The notes under the pieces are model-generated. The model saw only the letters and a program-made list of their open reading frames with translations. It was not told the DNA's origin and ran no database searches. Positions 18,711-30,006 of a stretch of 64,000 nt of DNA are shown here, piece after piece (positions within the stretch are counted from its first letter, which is position 1; each line of letters begins with the position of its first letter). Where the stretch lies: sequence record PV654397.1. One strand, 5' to 3'. The position numbers were made by a program, and so were the translations under genes.

Positions 18711-19126
18711 TTCAACCTCTGCATAGAAACGTACTCGTTGATTGCATCAACTAAATCATATCCAGACATCACCGTATCATTGATGGTCACATTGTACTTT
18801 TTATGAACTTGTGTACCATCTGTTTTACTGTATAGTGATCCATCTGGTTGAATTGTTAAAGTATTGTTTAGAATAAAATCAAACATTTCTTCTTTTGATA
18901 GATTTACAGTACAGGTGTCAATATGATCAGTACTTACCAATTCACGAGTATGTTTAACACCGTACTCGGTGTGTTCACCTACACTACGATGCAATACCTT
19001 TAACTGCTCCGCTGCTGTCTCTTCGTCATAGACATGAATAGTTTCAGTACTGTATAAAATATCTTGAATATTACCAGTACTTACTTCTGTCCACGTGTCT
19101 TTGAAATGTGTTTTGATTGTTTTCAT
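18707..19126 (-). CDS. hypothetical protein
   Basis: 139 aa. Confidence 0.7.
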   Translation of the reverse strand: MKTIKTHFKDTWTEVSTGNIQDILYSTETIHVYDEETAAEQLKVLHRSVGEHTEYGVKHTRELVSTDHIDTCTVNLSKEEMFDFILNNTLTIQPDGSLYSKTDGTQVHKKYNVTINDTVMSGYDLVDAINEYVSMQRLK

Positions 19127-19137
19127 AGAAGCTAGTA

Positions 19138-19590
19138 TTAGTTATATGAAGTGAATAGATCGATACTTTCATCATCTACACTGATTAATTTACCAGTTGA
19201 ACTAACAAACACAATATTACCACCAGGGGTGAGTTGAACACGCTGGTTTACTGAATATTGATCACTAAGGTTATAATTAGCCCATTCAACTACATAACGC
19301 TGTTCAACACCATTAGTATCATAAAGATAAACGTGTGTAACATCACGCATTTTTAAACGTTCTAGCAGTGTTGAGTTATCCATGAAATCCGATGGTGTAT
19401 CACTACGCAATGCAACACCGAACTCACCAATACCAGTACTAATAGTTAGACCGTTGGAAAAACGACTACAAAGAGTTTTCTCGTCAGCAATATGCATCCA
19501 TAAAACATTCTTTACATCAATCTCAATGAACTCACAATTTTCAAAAACTAAACCTACTTTAGAAACCTTACCATTAAATTGCATCATCAA
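19138..19590 (-). CDS. hypothetical protein
   Basis: 150 aa. Confidence 0.7.
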   Translation of the reverse strand: MMMQFNGKVSKVGLVFENCEFIEIDVKNVLWMHIADEKTLCSRFSNGLTISTGIGEFGVALRSDTPSDFMDNSTLLERLKMRDVTHVYLYDTNGVEQRYVVEWANYNLSDQYSVNQRVQLTPGGNIVFVSSTGKLISVDDESIDLFTSYN

Positions 19591-20023
19591 CTCCTATTTT
19601 TTTGTATTTTAAAATAAAATCTCTTGCAGCTTTCATAAGTTTAAATGGAATAGCTAATTCTTTGACAGTACTATCCATGAAATGTTCTTCTTCTGTTTTA
19701 TAGAATGTTGACATGAAATGGTCACAATCATCAATTCTATCCCAGAAATCAGAATTACTTGGTTTGTTGGCAATAACAGTGATTGTTTTAGTATAGGAAG
19801 CATGTATCGTTAATCCAATATCACCCTTTTCAACACGAATTATAAATGAACTATCAGATGTATAGTTCAGCCAACAATCTTTACCGAAGTATACAGTACT
19901 GTGTTTCTTCTCAAATGTATTACTGTTTTCAAGTACATCAATGACAATATCAACTGCATTGTCACTTAAAATTTTGACCATATCATCTTCCTCGTAGGGT
20001 TCTGGCAATTTCAAATATACCAT
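19574..20023 (-). CDS. TEE-FQ-S paralog family protein
   Basis: KTEEEHFMDSTV. Confidence 0.75.
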   Translation of the reverse strand: MVYLKLPEPYEEDDMVKILSDNAVDIVIDVLENSNTFEKKHSTVYFGKDCWLNYTSDSSFIIRVEKGDIGLTIHASYTKTITVIANKPSNSDFWDRIDDCDHFMSTFYKTEEEHFMDSTVKELAIPFKLMKAARDFILKYKKIGVDDAI

Positions 20024-20387
20024 TTATGTTGTCAACTGACAATCCACACATATCGTATAATGTAGATAGCTGAAAGAACATATCTTCATCTATAGTAACA
20101 TGTTCAATCTGCATTTGCAAGAGCACTTCACCAAGAAAATGATCGTATGTTTGTATCTTAAAAGAATCATAATATATATCAATGAAGAATTTTGGCACAC
20201 CATAGAACGAAACGACAAGTACAATGTTGTCAGAAGCTTCACATGGAACACTCAATGTATTTTTAAATGAACGGTATTCAAATGTGTACGGGTCTACGTC
20301 ACATGTATAGAATGAATTACACCCTTCAGAAAATATTACACCATTTTCAATTAGCATAGATAGTGTATGTGGTGGAATTTTCAACAT
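19983..20387 (-). CDS. TEE-FQ-S paralog family protein
   Basis: IDEDMFFQLSTLYD. Confidence 0.75.
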   Translation of the reverse strand: MLKIPPHTLSMLIENGVIFSEGCNSFYTCDVDPYTFEYRSFKNTLSVPCEASDNIVLVVSFYGVPKFFIDIYYDSFKIQTYDHFLGEVLLQMQIEHVTIDEDMFFQLSTLYDMCGLSVDNINGIFEIARTLRGR

Positions 20388-20395
20388 TTAAATGT

Positions 20396-20812
20396 TTATC
20401 CTTTATTTTGTTGTACGTTTTTATGTAGTACACCACAAATATAAAATAATTTACTTAGATTAGAATAACTTATGTTAGTTAGATCGTATACGAAATTTAG
20501 TTGCATGTACATATCTTCAGTTAAATCATACAACGATTCATCCACATCAATTACGATTTTGTGCGTGGTATCAATCTCTACTTTATTAGGCCACATATCA
20601 ATAACATAATCATTACCATGTTTTTCAGATATGGAAATGAACACATTATCGCTTTGTTCTAAAAACTCCATGTATCCGTTAAGAAATGATCCAGTTATTA
20701 TCTCATATTCACCAGAATAATACGTTGTTCTGGACTCAAATGCATTAAAAAATATAAAACGATATGTTTGGTTGATATACTCATCCATTAAACTAATAAC
20801 TTCTTTATTCAT
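20396..20812 (-). CDS. TEE-FQ-S paralog family protein
   Basis: LTEDMYMQLNFVYD; start set at MNKEV. Confidence 0.7.
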   Translation of the reverse strand: MNKEVISLMDEYINQTYRFIFFNAFESRTTYYSGEYEIITGSFLNGYMEFLEQSDNVFISISEKHGNDYVIDMWPNKVEIDTTHKIVIDVDESLYDLTEDMYMQLNFVYDLTNISYSNLSKLFYICGVLHKNVQQNKG

Positions 20813-20830
20813 TACATTAATCCCCACAAG

Positions 20831-20861
20831 AAAAAAGGCCGATTCATTATGAATCAGCCTT
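20831..20861 (-). terminator. intrinsic terminator
   Basis: AAGGCTGATTCAT-A-ATGAATCGGCCTTTTTT. Confidence 0.75.
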
Positions 20862-20902
20862 AAGTATAACACAGTAGAAGTAAAAATGTCAACTTCTAAA
20901 AT

Positions 20903-21038
20903 ACAGTATCAAAGAGGAATAAAAAGATACTGTTAGAGGGTAACGAATATAATGAACCATGAGGGTGATATCATTATACTTTAAAAGAGTGATAGCTTCT
21001 AGACAAAAGGAGGAATTCAGTACCGACTAGAAGCTATC
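20903..21038. ncRNA. array of three hairpins with purine-rich SD/GGA-like loops (+) or anti-SD loops (-)
   Basis: 8-, 8- and 12-bp stems; + strand loops AAAGAGGAAT, ATGAGGGTGAT, AAAAGGAGGAATT. Confidence 0.5.
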
Positions 21039-21051
21039 CGGTTAAACGATT

Positions 21052-21336
21052 TCAGTACTGAATGTTTAGTTTAGGATGAGTATGTCCATCTTCGATTTGC
21101 TTTAGAATCGAGTCGCGGATCTCCACTGCACCCTGATAACTGTATTTATCGTTCGGAACTACCCATGTATATTCACCATCAGTGGTTTTAAAATCAATAC
21201 ATGGATTGTCTCTGTATTCAGATGCAATGATTGAAATAACATGCAATGAATTCAATGAATGATTTATATAAGGATAATTGTTATTGTCTCGGAACGTGAA
21301 TGTTTTTAGTTCATCAGGTGCAACAATAAATTCCAT
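21052..21336 (-). CDS. hypothetical protein
   Basis: 94 aa. Confidence 0.7.
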   Translation of the reverse strand: MEFIVAPDELKTFTFRDNNNYPYINHSLNSLHVISIIASEYRDNPCIDFKTTDGEYTWVVPNDKYSYQGAVEIRDSILKQIEDGHTHPKLNIQY

Positions 21337-21527
21337 TATTCATCCTCGTACTTCTTGAATGGTTGAACATCTCCATTGAAGTCTTTGCACATCTTAGTTA
21401 CACGAACTTCAGTGTTGTTGTGGTAATTTTTCTTAAATTCATAAGAAACATAATTACGAATACCAGGTGTATGAATAATAGCAAGAACCAATGTACGACC
21501 AAATAAGCATAACAAATTCAAAAACAT
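21336..21527 (-). CDS. hypothetical protein
   Basis: 63 aa. Confidence 0.6.
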   Translation of the reverse strand: MFLNLLCLFGRTLVLAIIHTPGIRNYVSYEFKKNYHNNTEVRVTKMCKDFNGDVQPFKKYEDE

Positions 21528-21540
21528 ATTAAGCTCCGAG

Positions 21541-21900
21541 TTATGGATTAATCAAACGACACATACCAACTATAACATTTATCTCTTCTAATGTCAAGTC
21601 ACCAATGTCATTTATCATTGAGTACTGGAATAATGACTCTTCTGTGTACTCAAAATCATGTACTGCTATAAAAAATGGCTCCTTAGAAACATCTAATGTT
21701 ATCTTAGCCATTGTACTATATAAATCAAATTGATACAAAATATTAGGAGAAGTATATGCTATGTATATATTATTAGATTCAGATGGGTGTACCAGTGTGA
21801 ATACATCATAACATAATATTTTTATGTTAGGATCATCAAAATTACCAGTATAAAGATTCTTACGAACATCTTGCATTATACGAGTTATTAAACTAGTCAT
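21541..21900 (-). CDS. TEE-FQ-S paralog family protein
   Basis: YTEESLFQYSMIND. Confidence 0.75.
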   Translation of the reverse strand: MTSLITRIMQDVRKNLYTGNFDDPNIKILCYDVFTLVHPSESNNIYIAYTSPNILYQFDLYSTMAKITLDVSKEPFFIAVHDFEYTEESLFQYSMINDIGDLTLEEINVIVGMCRLINP

Positions 21901-22309
21901 TAAACGGATTTGGAACCTCTTCTGGAATCAATCTTTTAACTTTAAGGATAGCACTAATGTCCTCAAATGTCAATCCATTTAGATCGTTTACGAGACAGTA
22001 CTGAAAGAATTTTTCTTCAGTATCAATATCGTCAAAATTCAATTCAATTCCAGTGTCATAATAATCACTATTTACATTAGCAATTCTGATTTTAACTCGT
22101 TCAAAATACACATCAAATGAATAAAAATGATCATTGATTTCATAACCAAGAAAAATATTAAAACATTTACTCAAATCAGTGGTTTCGTTCAAATCGTCAT
22201 CATAGCAAAAAACTCTAACTTCACCAATATCTTCTAATTGTACATCATGCAGTGACCATGCGTTGTTTTTTAATACGTAGTTCACCATTTTAACAATGTT
22301 GTATGTCAT
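21893..22309 (-). CDS. TEE-FQ-S paralog family protein
   Basis: DTEEKFFQYCLVND. Confidence 0.75.
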   Translation of the reverse strand: MTYNIVKMVNYVLKNNAWSLHDVQLEDIGEVRVFCYDDDLNETTDLSKCFNIFLGYEINDHFYSFDVYFERVKIRIANVNSDYYDTGIELNFDDIDTEEKFFQYCLVNDLNGLTFEDISAILKVKRLIPEEVPNPFND

Positions 22310-22325
22310 AGTTTACCTTAAAAAT

Positions 22326-22721
22326 TTATTTACGATTCCTTGCGGAGTTCTTGTTCCTTGCTCTGAATGTCGGTGTCATTGAATGACAATTGGGGCAAAG
22401 AATTTTTAAATTTGGTAGGTCATTATTGGTAGCATCACCATCAATGTGCTCAACTTCTGTCAGTACTGCACCATCTGTTGGGTGACGTTTATCCCATCCA
22501 CATTCTTCACATGCAGTTCCGCGTGTTTCATGTAGATATCTTCTCACAAATGGACATAACTGTATAGTAATACCTTTATATCCTGGATGTTCACCGTTAA
22601 GCCATTTATCAACTTTCTGTTGATATTGTAGCTCTTGTTGACATGCAACACTACAATATTTTGTTTGGCCCTTTCGAACTAATTCAATTTTACAACATGC
22701 ACAATAACGTTTTTCTTTCAT
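22326..22721 (-). CDS. HNH homing endonuclease
   Basis: CACC/CSVAC N-terminus; CEECG...EVEHIDGDATNNDLPNLKILCPNCH; start set at MKEKRY (GGAG SD). Confidence 0.85.
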   Translation of the reverse strand: MKEKRYCACCKIELVRKGQTKYCSVACQQELQYQQKVDKWLNGEHPGYKGITIQLCPFVRRYLHETRGTACEECGWDKRHPTDGAVLTEVEHIDGDATNNDLPNLKILCPNCHSMTPTFRARNKNSARNRK

Positions 22722-22727
22722 ATAGTT

Positions 22728-22752
22728 CTCCATATATTATGGAGTATTTATA
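22728..22752 (-). promoter_or_regulatory. T4-type late promoter plus RBS-sequestering hairpin
   Basis: TATAAATA at 22745-22752 followed by 7-bp hairpin CTCCATA/TATGGAG covering the SD. Confidence 0.7.
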
Positions 22753-22786
22753 TGTAAGAAAAATATCATTTTTAATCGTAGATTTG

Positions 22787-22858
22787 AGGTCAATATCAGA
22801 ATTGCACTGATTATTCAGACTTACAAGGTCCGTGTTATACTCTTTTAACTAATCGACC
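22787..22858 (-). tRNA. trnT: tRNA-Thr(UGU), atypical T-loop, no encoded CCA
   Basis: acceptor GGTCGAT/ATTGACC; anticodon arm CGGAC-CTTGTAA-GTCTG; T arm ATCAG-TGCAATT-CTGAT. Confidence 0.7.
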
Positions 22859-22864
22859 TGAGAA

Positions 22865-22919
22865 GTAAGATAACCAACAAGTCTCCATACTCTTTCGCAT
22901 TGAGGGGAGGCCATCTTAC
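22865..22919 (-). ncRNA. small structured element just upstream of tRNA-Thr
   Basis: 11-bp stem GTAAGATGGCC/GGTTATCTTAC (two G-U) enclosing an inner hairpin. Confidence 0.35.
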
Positions 22920-22920
22920 G

Positions 22921-22972
<52 letters not shown>

Positions 22973-23087
22973 GCCAAGAGTCGGCATAGGTGCAGCACTA
23001 CAAAGTTCTTCAAGCTGCTTGGTAGTTTCTTTACTTACTTTCATATTGACCTCGTTAGGTTAAAAACCCCAGTTTTCTTCTTGAACC

Positions 23088-23828
<741 letters not shown>

Positions 23829-23839
23829 TTAAATACACT

Positions 23840-24241
23840 CTAGTAGTTTAAGTCAGCGGCGTTGAAGACACCAAGTGAAGTCTTACCACGTAGTTTAGGT
23901 GAAATGACATATTTTGTCAATTTCTTTTTACCGTACCAGTGATTGAATTCGTCTTCAGTAACATGTGGGTTCTGGAAATCGTATTCACGTTTCTTATGAA
24001 GTTTTTTAGCTTGTTCTGCAATCTTAGTTCGTTGATCTTCTGGAATGTCGAATGTATTGTTACGTTTGCACCATTCGTGCACTAATGCTTCCAGAAGGAA
24101 CTGTTCAGTTTCTTTGACTAGAGTGATTTTAGTCAAGCCTTTTTCGATGTTCATATAATCATCGACATATCCATTCCAAATAACAATCTCTGGATTGCCG
24201 TCAATCTCTTGAAGCATTTTGATCAAGTCATTCTTTTTCAT
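23840..24241 (-). CDS. conserved phage hypothetical protein
   Basis: 133 aa, AGGA SD. Confidence 0.75.
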   Translation of the reverse strand: MKKNDLIKMLQEIDGNPEIVIWNGYVDDYMNIEKGLTKITLVKETEQFLLEALVHEWCKRNNTFDIPEDQRTKIAEQAKKLHKKREYDFQNPHVTEDEFNHWYGKKKLTKYVISPKLRGKTSLGVFNAADLNY

Positions 24242-24249
24242 TTAAATTC

Positions 24250-24519
<270 letters not shown>

Positions 24520-24522
24520 AAA

Positions 24523-25065
24523 TTATTGTCGTTCATCATCATGAATCTCACGATGACAATTTGCACAAACCATAATACATTTATCCAGTTCTATTTTAAT
24601 TTTTTCAAAAGAACGAGTTGCACCTTCTTGACTAATTGAATAATCTTTCTGTGAAGGATCAACATGATGGAATTCTAATGCGGCAATGCATTTATCATAT
24701 CCACACTTTTCACAACAACCGCCTTTGTATTCAACGGCTAGTATTTTTAATTTTCTACGTCTATCAGAAACACGTTGACTGTCACATTTTAAACATTTCC
24801 ATTTACCTTGTGAATTTAATTCATAATTCTTATTGTGTATTTCACAAAATCGCATTTCATTGGTTGATTTTGGTCGTTTAACACCATGTGATTCAACGAT
24901 ATCATTTATTCTTGATCTATTACACTTATATTCTTTGGCTAAACCGTAAATTGGCATACCATTTAAATATTTTTGAATTATTTCATTCTCTGGTAATTTA
25001 GAACTTTTAGCCTTTAATGATTCAGCTATTTTTTTACGTGTTTCTTCTGATTGTTTTCGTCCCAT
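24523..25065 (-). CDS. HNH homing endonuclease with NUMOD3-like N-terminus
   Basis: MGRKQSEETRKKIAESLK; YKGGCCEKCGY...LEFHHVDP...ELDKCIMVCANCHREIH. Confidence 0.85.
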   Translation of the reverse strand: MGRKQSEETRKKIAESLKAKSSKLPENEIIQKYLNGMPIYGLAKEYKCNRSRINDIVESHGVKRPKSTNEMRFCEIHNKNYELNSQGKWKCLKCDSQRVSDRRRKLKILAVEYKGGCCEKCGYDKCIAALEFHHVDPSQKDYSISQEGATRSFEKIKIELDKCIMVCANCHREIHDDERQ

Positions 25066-25121
25066 GAACCTTAGACCTCATAATATCCTGTATGATATTA
25101 TTTATTGTTCCGAGGTTCATG
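25063..25121 (-). promoter_or_regulatory. start-codon-sequestering hairpin enclosing a late-promoter-like AATAAATA
   Basis: 9-bp CATGAACCT/AGGTTCATG stem (25063-71 / 25113-21); AATAAATA at 25099-25106. Confidence 0.65.
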
Positions 25122-25130
25122 ATTGTTTTG

Positions 25131-25214
25131 CTGGTAGTACTGGAGTCGAACCAGTCTTGTCATTTCTGACACGGATTAACAGTCCGTTGCATAAGGCCGA
25201 TATGCTAACTACCA
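25131..25214 (-). tRNA. trnN: tRNA-Asn(GUU) with long variable arm, no encoded CCA
   Basis: acceptor TGGTAGT/ACTACCA, G73; ACGGA-CTGTTAA-TCCGT; variable stem GTCA-GAAA-TGAC; ACTGG-TTCGACT-CCAGT. Confidence 0.85.
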
Positions 25215-25223
25215 TTTGTTTTA

Positions 25224-25305
<82 letters not shown>

Positions 25306-25314
25306 GAATTTTGA

Positions 25315-25558
<244 letters not shown>

Positions 25559-25574
25559 ATATCAATACTTAATA

Positions 25575-25952
<378 letters not shown>

Positions 25953-25967
25953 ATCACCAACTTTAAT

Positions 25968-26310
25968 TAAAAAAAATGGATGGTGACGCTTTTAAACGCC
26001 GCTGTTAATTCAGCTTTATAACCACCCGTTTTAACTTGCCTTTCGGCTACCTTGACGTGGGGCGTACAGGCTACTAAAAGCAACTACTGTAAACATATTT
26101 CCACGCCTTACCCTTTTAAATAAAAATCCATCCGGTTTTCCAGTTTGGTGAAGGATAGTCACCTCTAGTTTAAACCTGCTAGTCAAGTAATAATTGCCTA
26201 TCGTCCAATTATCAAACCCGTCTAGGTTAACATTCACCACTTCCTAGAGTACCAGAGATCTTGTTCTGGATTGCATCGACGTAACTTACACCATATACGT
26301 CTGATTGTGG
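25968..26310 (-). ncRNA. stand-alone structured non-coding RNA candidate (~340 nt)
   Basis: own consensus promoter upstream, GC stem plus T8 at 3' end, at least 8 helices, GCC-GAAA-GGC loop; G-U pairs favour - strand. Confidence 0.65.
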
Positions 26311-26315
26311 AATTC

Positions 26316-26340
26316 ATTATATCAGTACTGAACTATTTAG

Positions 26341-26344
<4 letters not shown>
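26316..26344 (-). promoter_or_regulatory. sigma70-type promoter with CAGTACTG in spacer
   Basis: TTGACT-aaatagttcagtactga(17)-TATAAT. Confidence 0.8.
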
Positions 26345-26936
<592 letters not shown>

Positions 26937-26940
<4 letters not shown>

Positions 26941-27097
26941 ATTCGTACCAGTAGTTCAATTAAGTACATTTCATATGCTGGATCGTTGATAAGTTTATCA
27001 TACAGATGTGGCTCTGAAATGAATTCCCAATGATACTTTAGCCATTTACCGATACCCGAATATCTAAAATTAATGTCATTCATCCATTCTTCATGTG

Positions 27098-27101
<4 letters not shown>
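26937..27101 (-). CDS. MTHEEW-family small protein (54 aa)
   Basis: MTHEEWMNDINFRYSGIGKWLKYHWEFISEPHLYDKLINDPAYEMYLIELLVRI. Confidence 0.75.
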
Positions 27102-27262
<161 letters not shown>

Positions 27263-27279
27263 GGTTTAACCTTTAATTG

Positions 27280-27365
<86 letters not shown>

Positions 27366-27371
27366 ATATTT

Positions 27372-27776
27372 TTAATATAATTTTCTAATATATTTCTTAC
27401 GTTCTTCAGTTAATGTAAATGCTGAATGTGCATCAATGTCATCAATTGGGATGATATATATGTCATTATTATCACACAACACAAACAGTATGTCACACGA
27501 TGTTTTATCAAAGTTTCGTATAACACTCTTACCACTAGAACCACCACTATTTTTTAGTTGGACATTATAATTTCCAGATGGTGCTTTGTATGATGTTGTT
27601 TTTACGGATACTCTATACAATTTAATATTATCATCAACAACCAAGTCATATGATTGTGTGTCATTCATCGGTATCGACACTGAATAACCATTCGTGACAT
27701 AGTAATCTATTGCACGAGCAACTCCAATATTTCCTTGTTTTGATTTATATTCGTTTCCCCACATTTTACGTTCCAT
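27372..27776 (-). CDS. PD-(D/E)XK homing endonuclease (I-Ssp6803I-like)
   Basis: GNIGVARA...GYSVSIP....SYDLVVD....RVSVKT. Confidence 0.8.
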   Translation of the reverse strand: MERKMWGNEYKSKQGNIGVARAIDYYVTNGYSVSIPMNDTQSYDLVVDDNIKLYRVSVKTTSYKAPSGNYNVQLKNSGGSSGKSVIRNFDKTSCDILFVLCDNNDIYIIPIDDIDAHSAFTLTEERKKYIRKLY

Positions 27777-27832
27777 GTATTTTTGTTATCATGTTAATAA
27801 TTATATCACATCTTTATAGTCTGTTCCAATAT

Positions 27833-28123
27833 TTATGATTCGGTTTCGGGATTAAATTTTATAAATTCATCTTTATGTTCATCTTCAATCGCAATATCTT
27901 CTACGTGTTCAGGCCAGATTGTGGTGTCCCCTTGGTAGAAGCGATAGTTATCGAATTCTGCACTACGTGTTCTTCCCTGTTCCCAACCAATAGTACAGTC
28001 ATGATATACATCACCACTACGTGTACGAATGCTTATTGAGTCTTGTGTTTCATAAAGAACGTCAATGCGTGTGTTACGATTTGTATTGAATTTTTCAAAA
28101 TGCATAGTAATCCCCAATAACAA
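27833..28123 (-). CDS. hypothetical protein
   Basis: ORF; true start probably MHFEK. Confidence 0.65.
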   Translation of the reverse strand: MLLGITMHFEKFNTNRNTRIDVLYETQDSISIRTRSGDVYHDCTIGWEQGRTRSAEFDNYRFYQGDTTIWPEHVEDIAIEDEHKDEFIKFNPETES

Positions 28124-28126
28124 TTG

Positions 28127-28345
28127 TTATTCTTGTGGTTTAGTTACACCAACACCAATAATACTTTTAATATCAATATGGATATTAGCAAGTTCATTAC
28201 TGTCAAACGGGTTAGTTTCAGTTACAACAACAGTGGTGTCATTAACTAAAACTACTGAACCTTTTACACGGTATCCCTGAAGGAGTACTTGTACATTGTC
28301 GCCAGCGTTTAATGAGTTAATAACTTCTAATAGAGTAGATTCCAT
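28127..28345 (-). CDS. hypothetical protein
   Basis: 72 aa, AGGA SD. Confidence 0.75.
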   Translation of the reverse strand: MESTLLEVINSLNAGDNVQVLLQGYRVKGSVVLVNDTTVVVTETNPFDSNELANIHIDIKSIIGVGVTKPQE

Positions 28346-28355
28346 TTTATTTTCC

Positions 28356-28553
28356 TTACGGTTTACTATTTTTACGTTTTTCTGATTCGGGTATAGTTTT
28401 CATTTCACCAATACATAGTTCCATGATGAGCACACCTTTGTCATTATAACGTACTACATCTTCAATGTCAAAATGTCTCGCACTATGAACAACTTCAATA
28501 CATGCATCATCGGGATATGATTCCAATAATGCTACAAGTTCTGCTTTAGTCAC
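28356..28553 (-). CDS. hypothetical protein
   Basis: 65 aa, GAGG SD. Confidence 0.7.
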   Translation of the reverse strand: MTKAELVALLESYPDDACIEVVHSARHFDIEDVVRYNDKGVLIMELCIGEMKTIPESEKRKNSKP

Positions 28554-28566
28554 TTTGGATTCCTCG

Positions 28567-28915
<349 letters not shown>

Positions 28916-28925
28916 AATATATCTT

Positions 28926-29096
28926 CTATTCCCTAAATACAAGCTCATATATGAACCATCGATTTCCATCCTCATCTAGTACATATAAATCGAACTGATG
29001 TTTGTCTCGTAAAATATCGTAATGACCATCACGAAATCCATTCCCAAACAGATCATATCGTTCTTTCATAATAGACATCCATTCTTCATGTGTCAT
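28926..29096 (-). CDS. MTHEEW-family small protein (56 aa)
   Basis: MTHEEWMSIMKERYDLFGNGFRDGHYDILRDKHQFDLYVLDEDGNRWFIYELVFRE. Confidence 0.75.
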   Translation of the reverse strand: MTHEEWMSIMKERYDLFGNGFRDGHYDILRDKHQFDLYVLDEDGNRWFIYELVFRE

Positions 29097-29596
29097 TTAC
29101 GTTGCATCCAATGTGAACCAGTCCAGACTTTTTTCTTTTCACGTTCTATCTGTCGTTGTTTTAATTCTTCATCCCACAGAATATTGTCGTTTAAGAAATA
29201 GTTATATAGTTCTTTTAACTTCAAATTATCTGAAAATGCGGGAAAGTACTTATTATCACATACCAAACTCTCTTGAAAATGTACATCTTCATCGGTGATG
29301 TATTGATATGTGAAAATTCTATTCGGGTTTGGATAGATACCATTTGTTTCAGAGAAACATTTTCTAAGTAGTCTTTTACCAAAATCACAGATAATAGTAT
29401 CTTTACGAATAAAATTCCAGCGAGTAACCATTTTAATTGTTAGAGTTTGATAATTCTGATCTAAGCTTATTTGATGTTCACCATCTTTGTGCTTATAGTG
29501 ATAAGTACCTTGTTTTCGAACTGTTCGTTCAAATTCATTAACATTAATTTTACTTAAAATCTCAGTAATACTTTCCGGTACATGCGTAATGAGCAT
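29093..29596 (-). CDS. TEE-FQ-S paralog family protein
   Basis: TDEDVHFQESLV. Confidence 0.75.
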   Translation of the reverse strand: MLITHVPESITEILSKINVNEFERTVRKQGTYHYKHKDGEHQISLDQNYQTLTIKMVTRWNFIRKDTIICDFGKRLLRKCFSETNGIYPNPNRIFTYQYITDEDVHFQESLVCDNKYFPAFSDNLKLKELYNYFLNDNILWDEELKQRQIEREKKKVWTGSHWMQRK

Positions 29597-29641
29597 TATT
29601 GTTCTCCTGTTTAAAACAAAACAATAGCATATATATCAGTA

Positions 29642-29824
29642 CTAGTCAATTTTTTTGTCTCTAACCGCAAGCTCATAGATGAACCAGTGATTACTATCCT
29701 CATCAAGTACAAATGATTTGAAAAGTTGTTTATCTTTTAACACATCATAATGACCTTGGCGTATACCAAAACAAAAAGGATTATGTTTAAATTTTAGTTC
29801 ATCTAACCATTCTTTGTGTGTCAT
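29642..29824 (-). CDS. MTHEEW-family small protein (60 aa)
   Basis: MTHKEWL...GHYDVLKDK...VLDEDSNHWFIYELAVR, aligned to 28926-29096. Confidence 0.75.
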   Translation of the reverse strand: MTHKEWLDELKFKHNPFCFGIRQGHYDVLKDKQLFKSFVLDEDSNHWFIYELAVRDKKID

Positions 29825-30006
29825 CTTATTTTGTCCATGACTGCTATACTAAAATATGTACCAAAATCATCACAATTGATGATGTTGTTATAGTACTCGA
29901 TTGGGTTACGCAATGATATATACAATTCAAGCTTAAAATAGTATATATCTGCTGCATTTATATTATAGTGTAGATTAAACCACTCATCAAATGTCTTAGG
30001 CTGCAT
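29821..30006 (-). CDS. hypothetical protein, possible distant MTHEEW relative
   Basis: KTFDEWF...FSIAVMDK. Confidence 0.6.
   Translation of the reverse strand: MQPKTFDEWFNLHYNINAADIYYFKLELYISLRNPIEYYNNIINCDDFGTYFSIAVMDKIR

Noticed and set aside
26100-26200. GACTA resembling group I intron P7
   Set aside because: No complementary TAGTC strand and no flanking exons.
26031-26240. 69-aa ORF in the track
   Set aside because: GTG start and no recognisable protein features; the region is better explained as structured RNA, though translation is not excluded.
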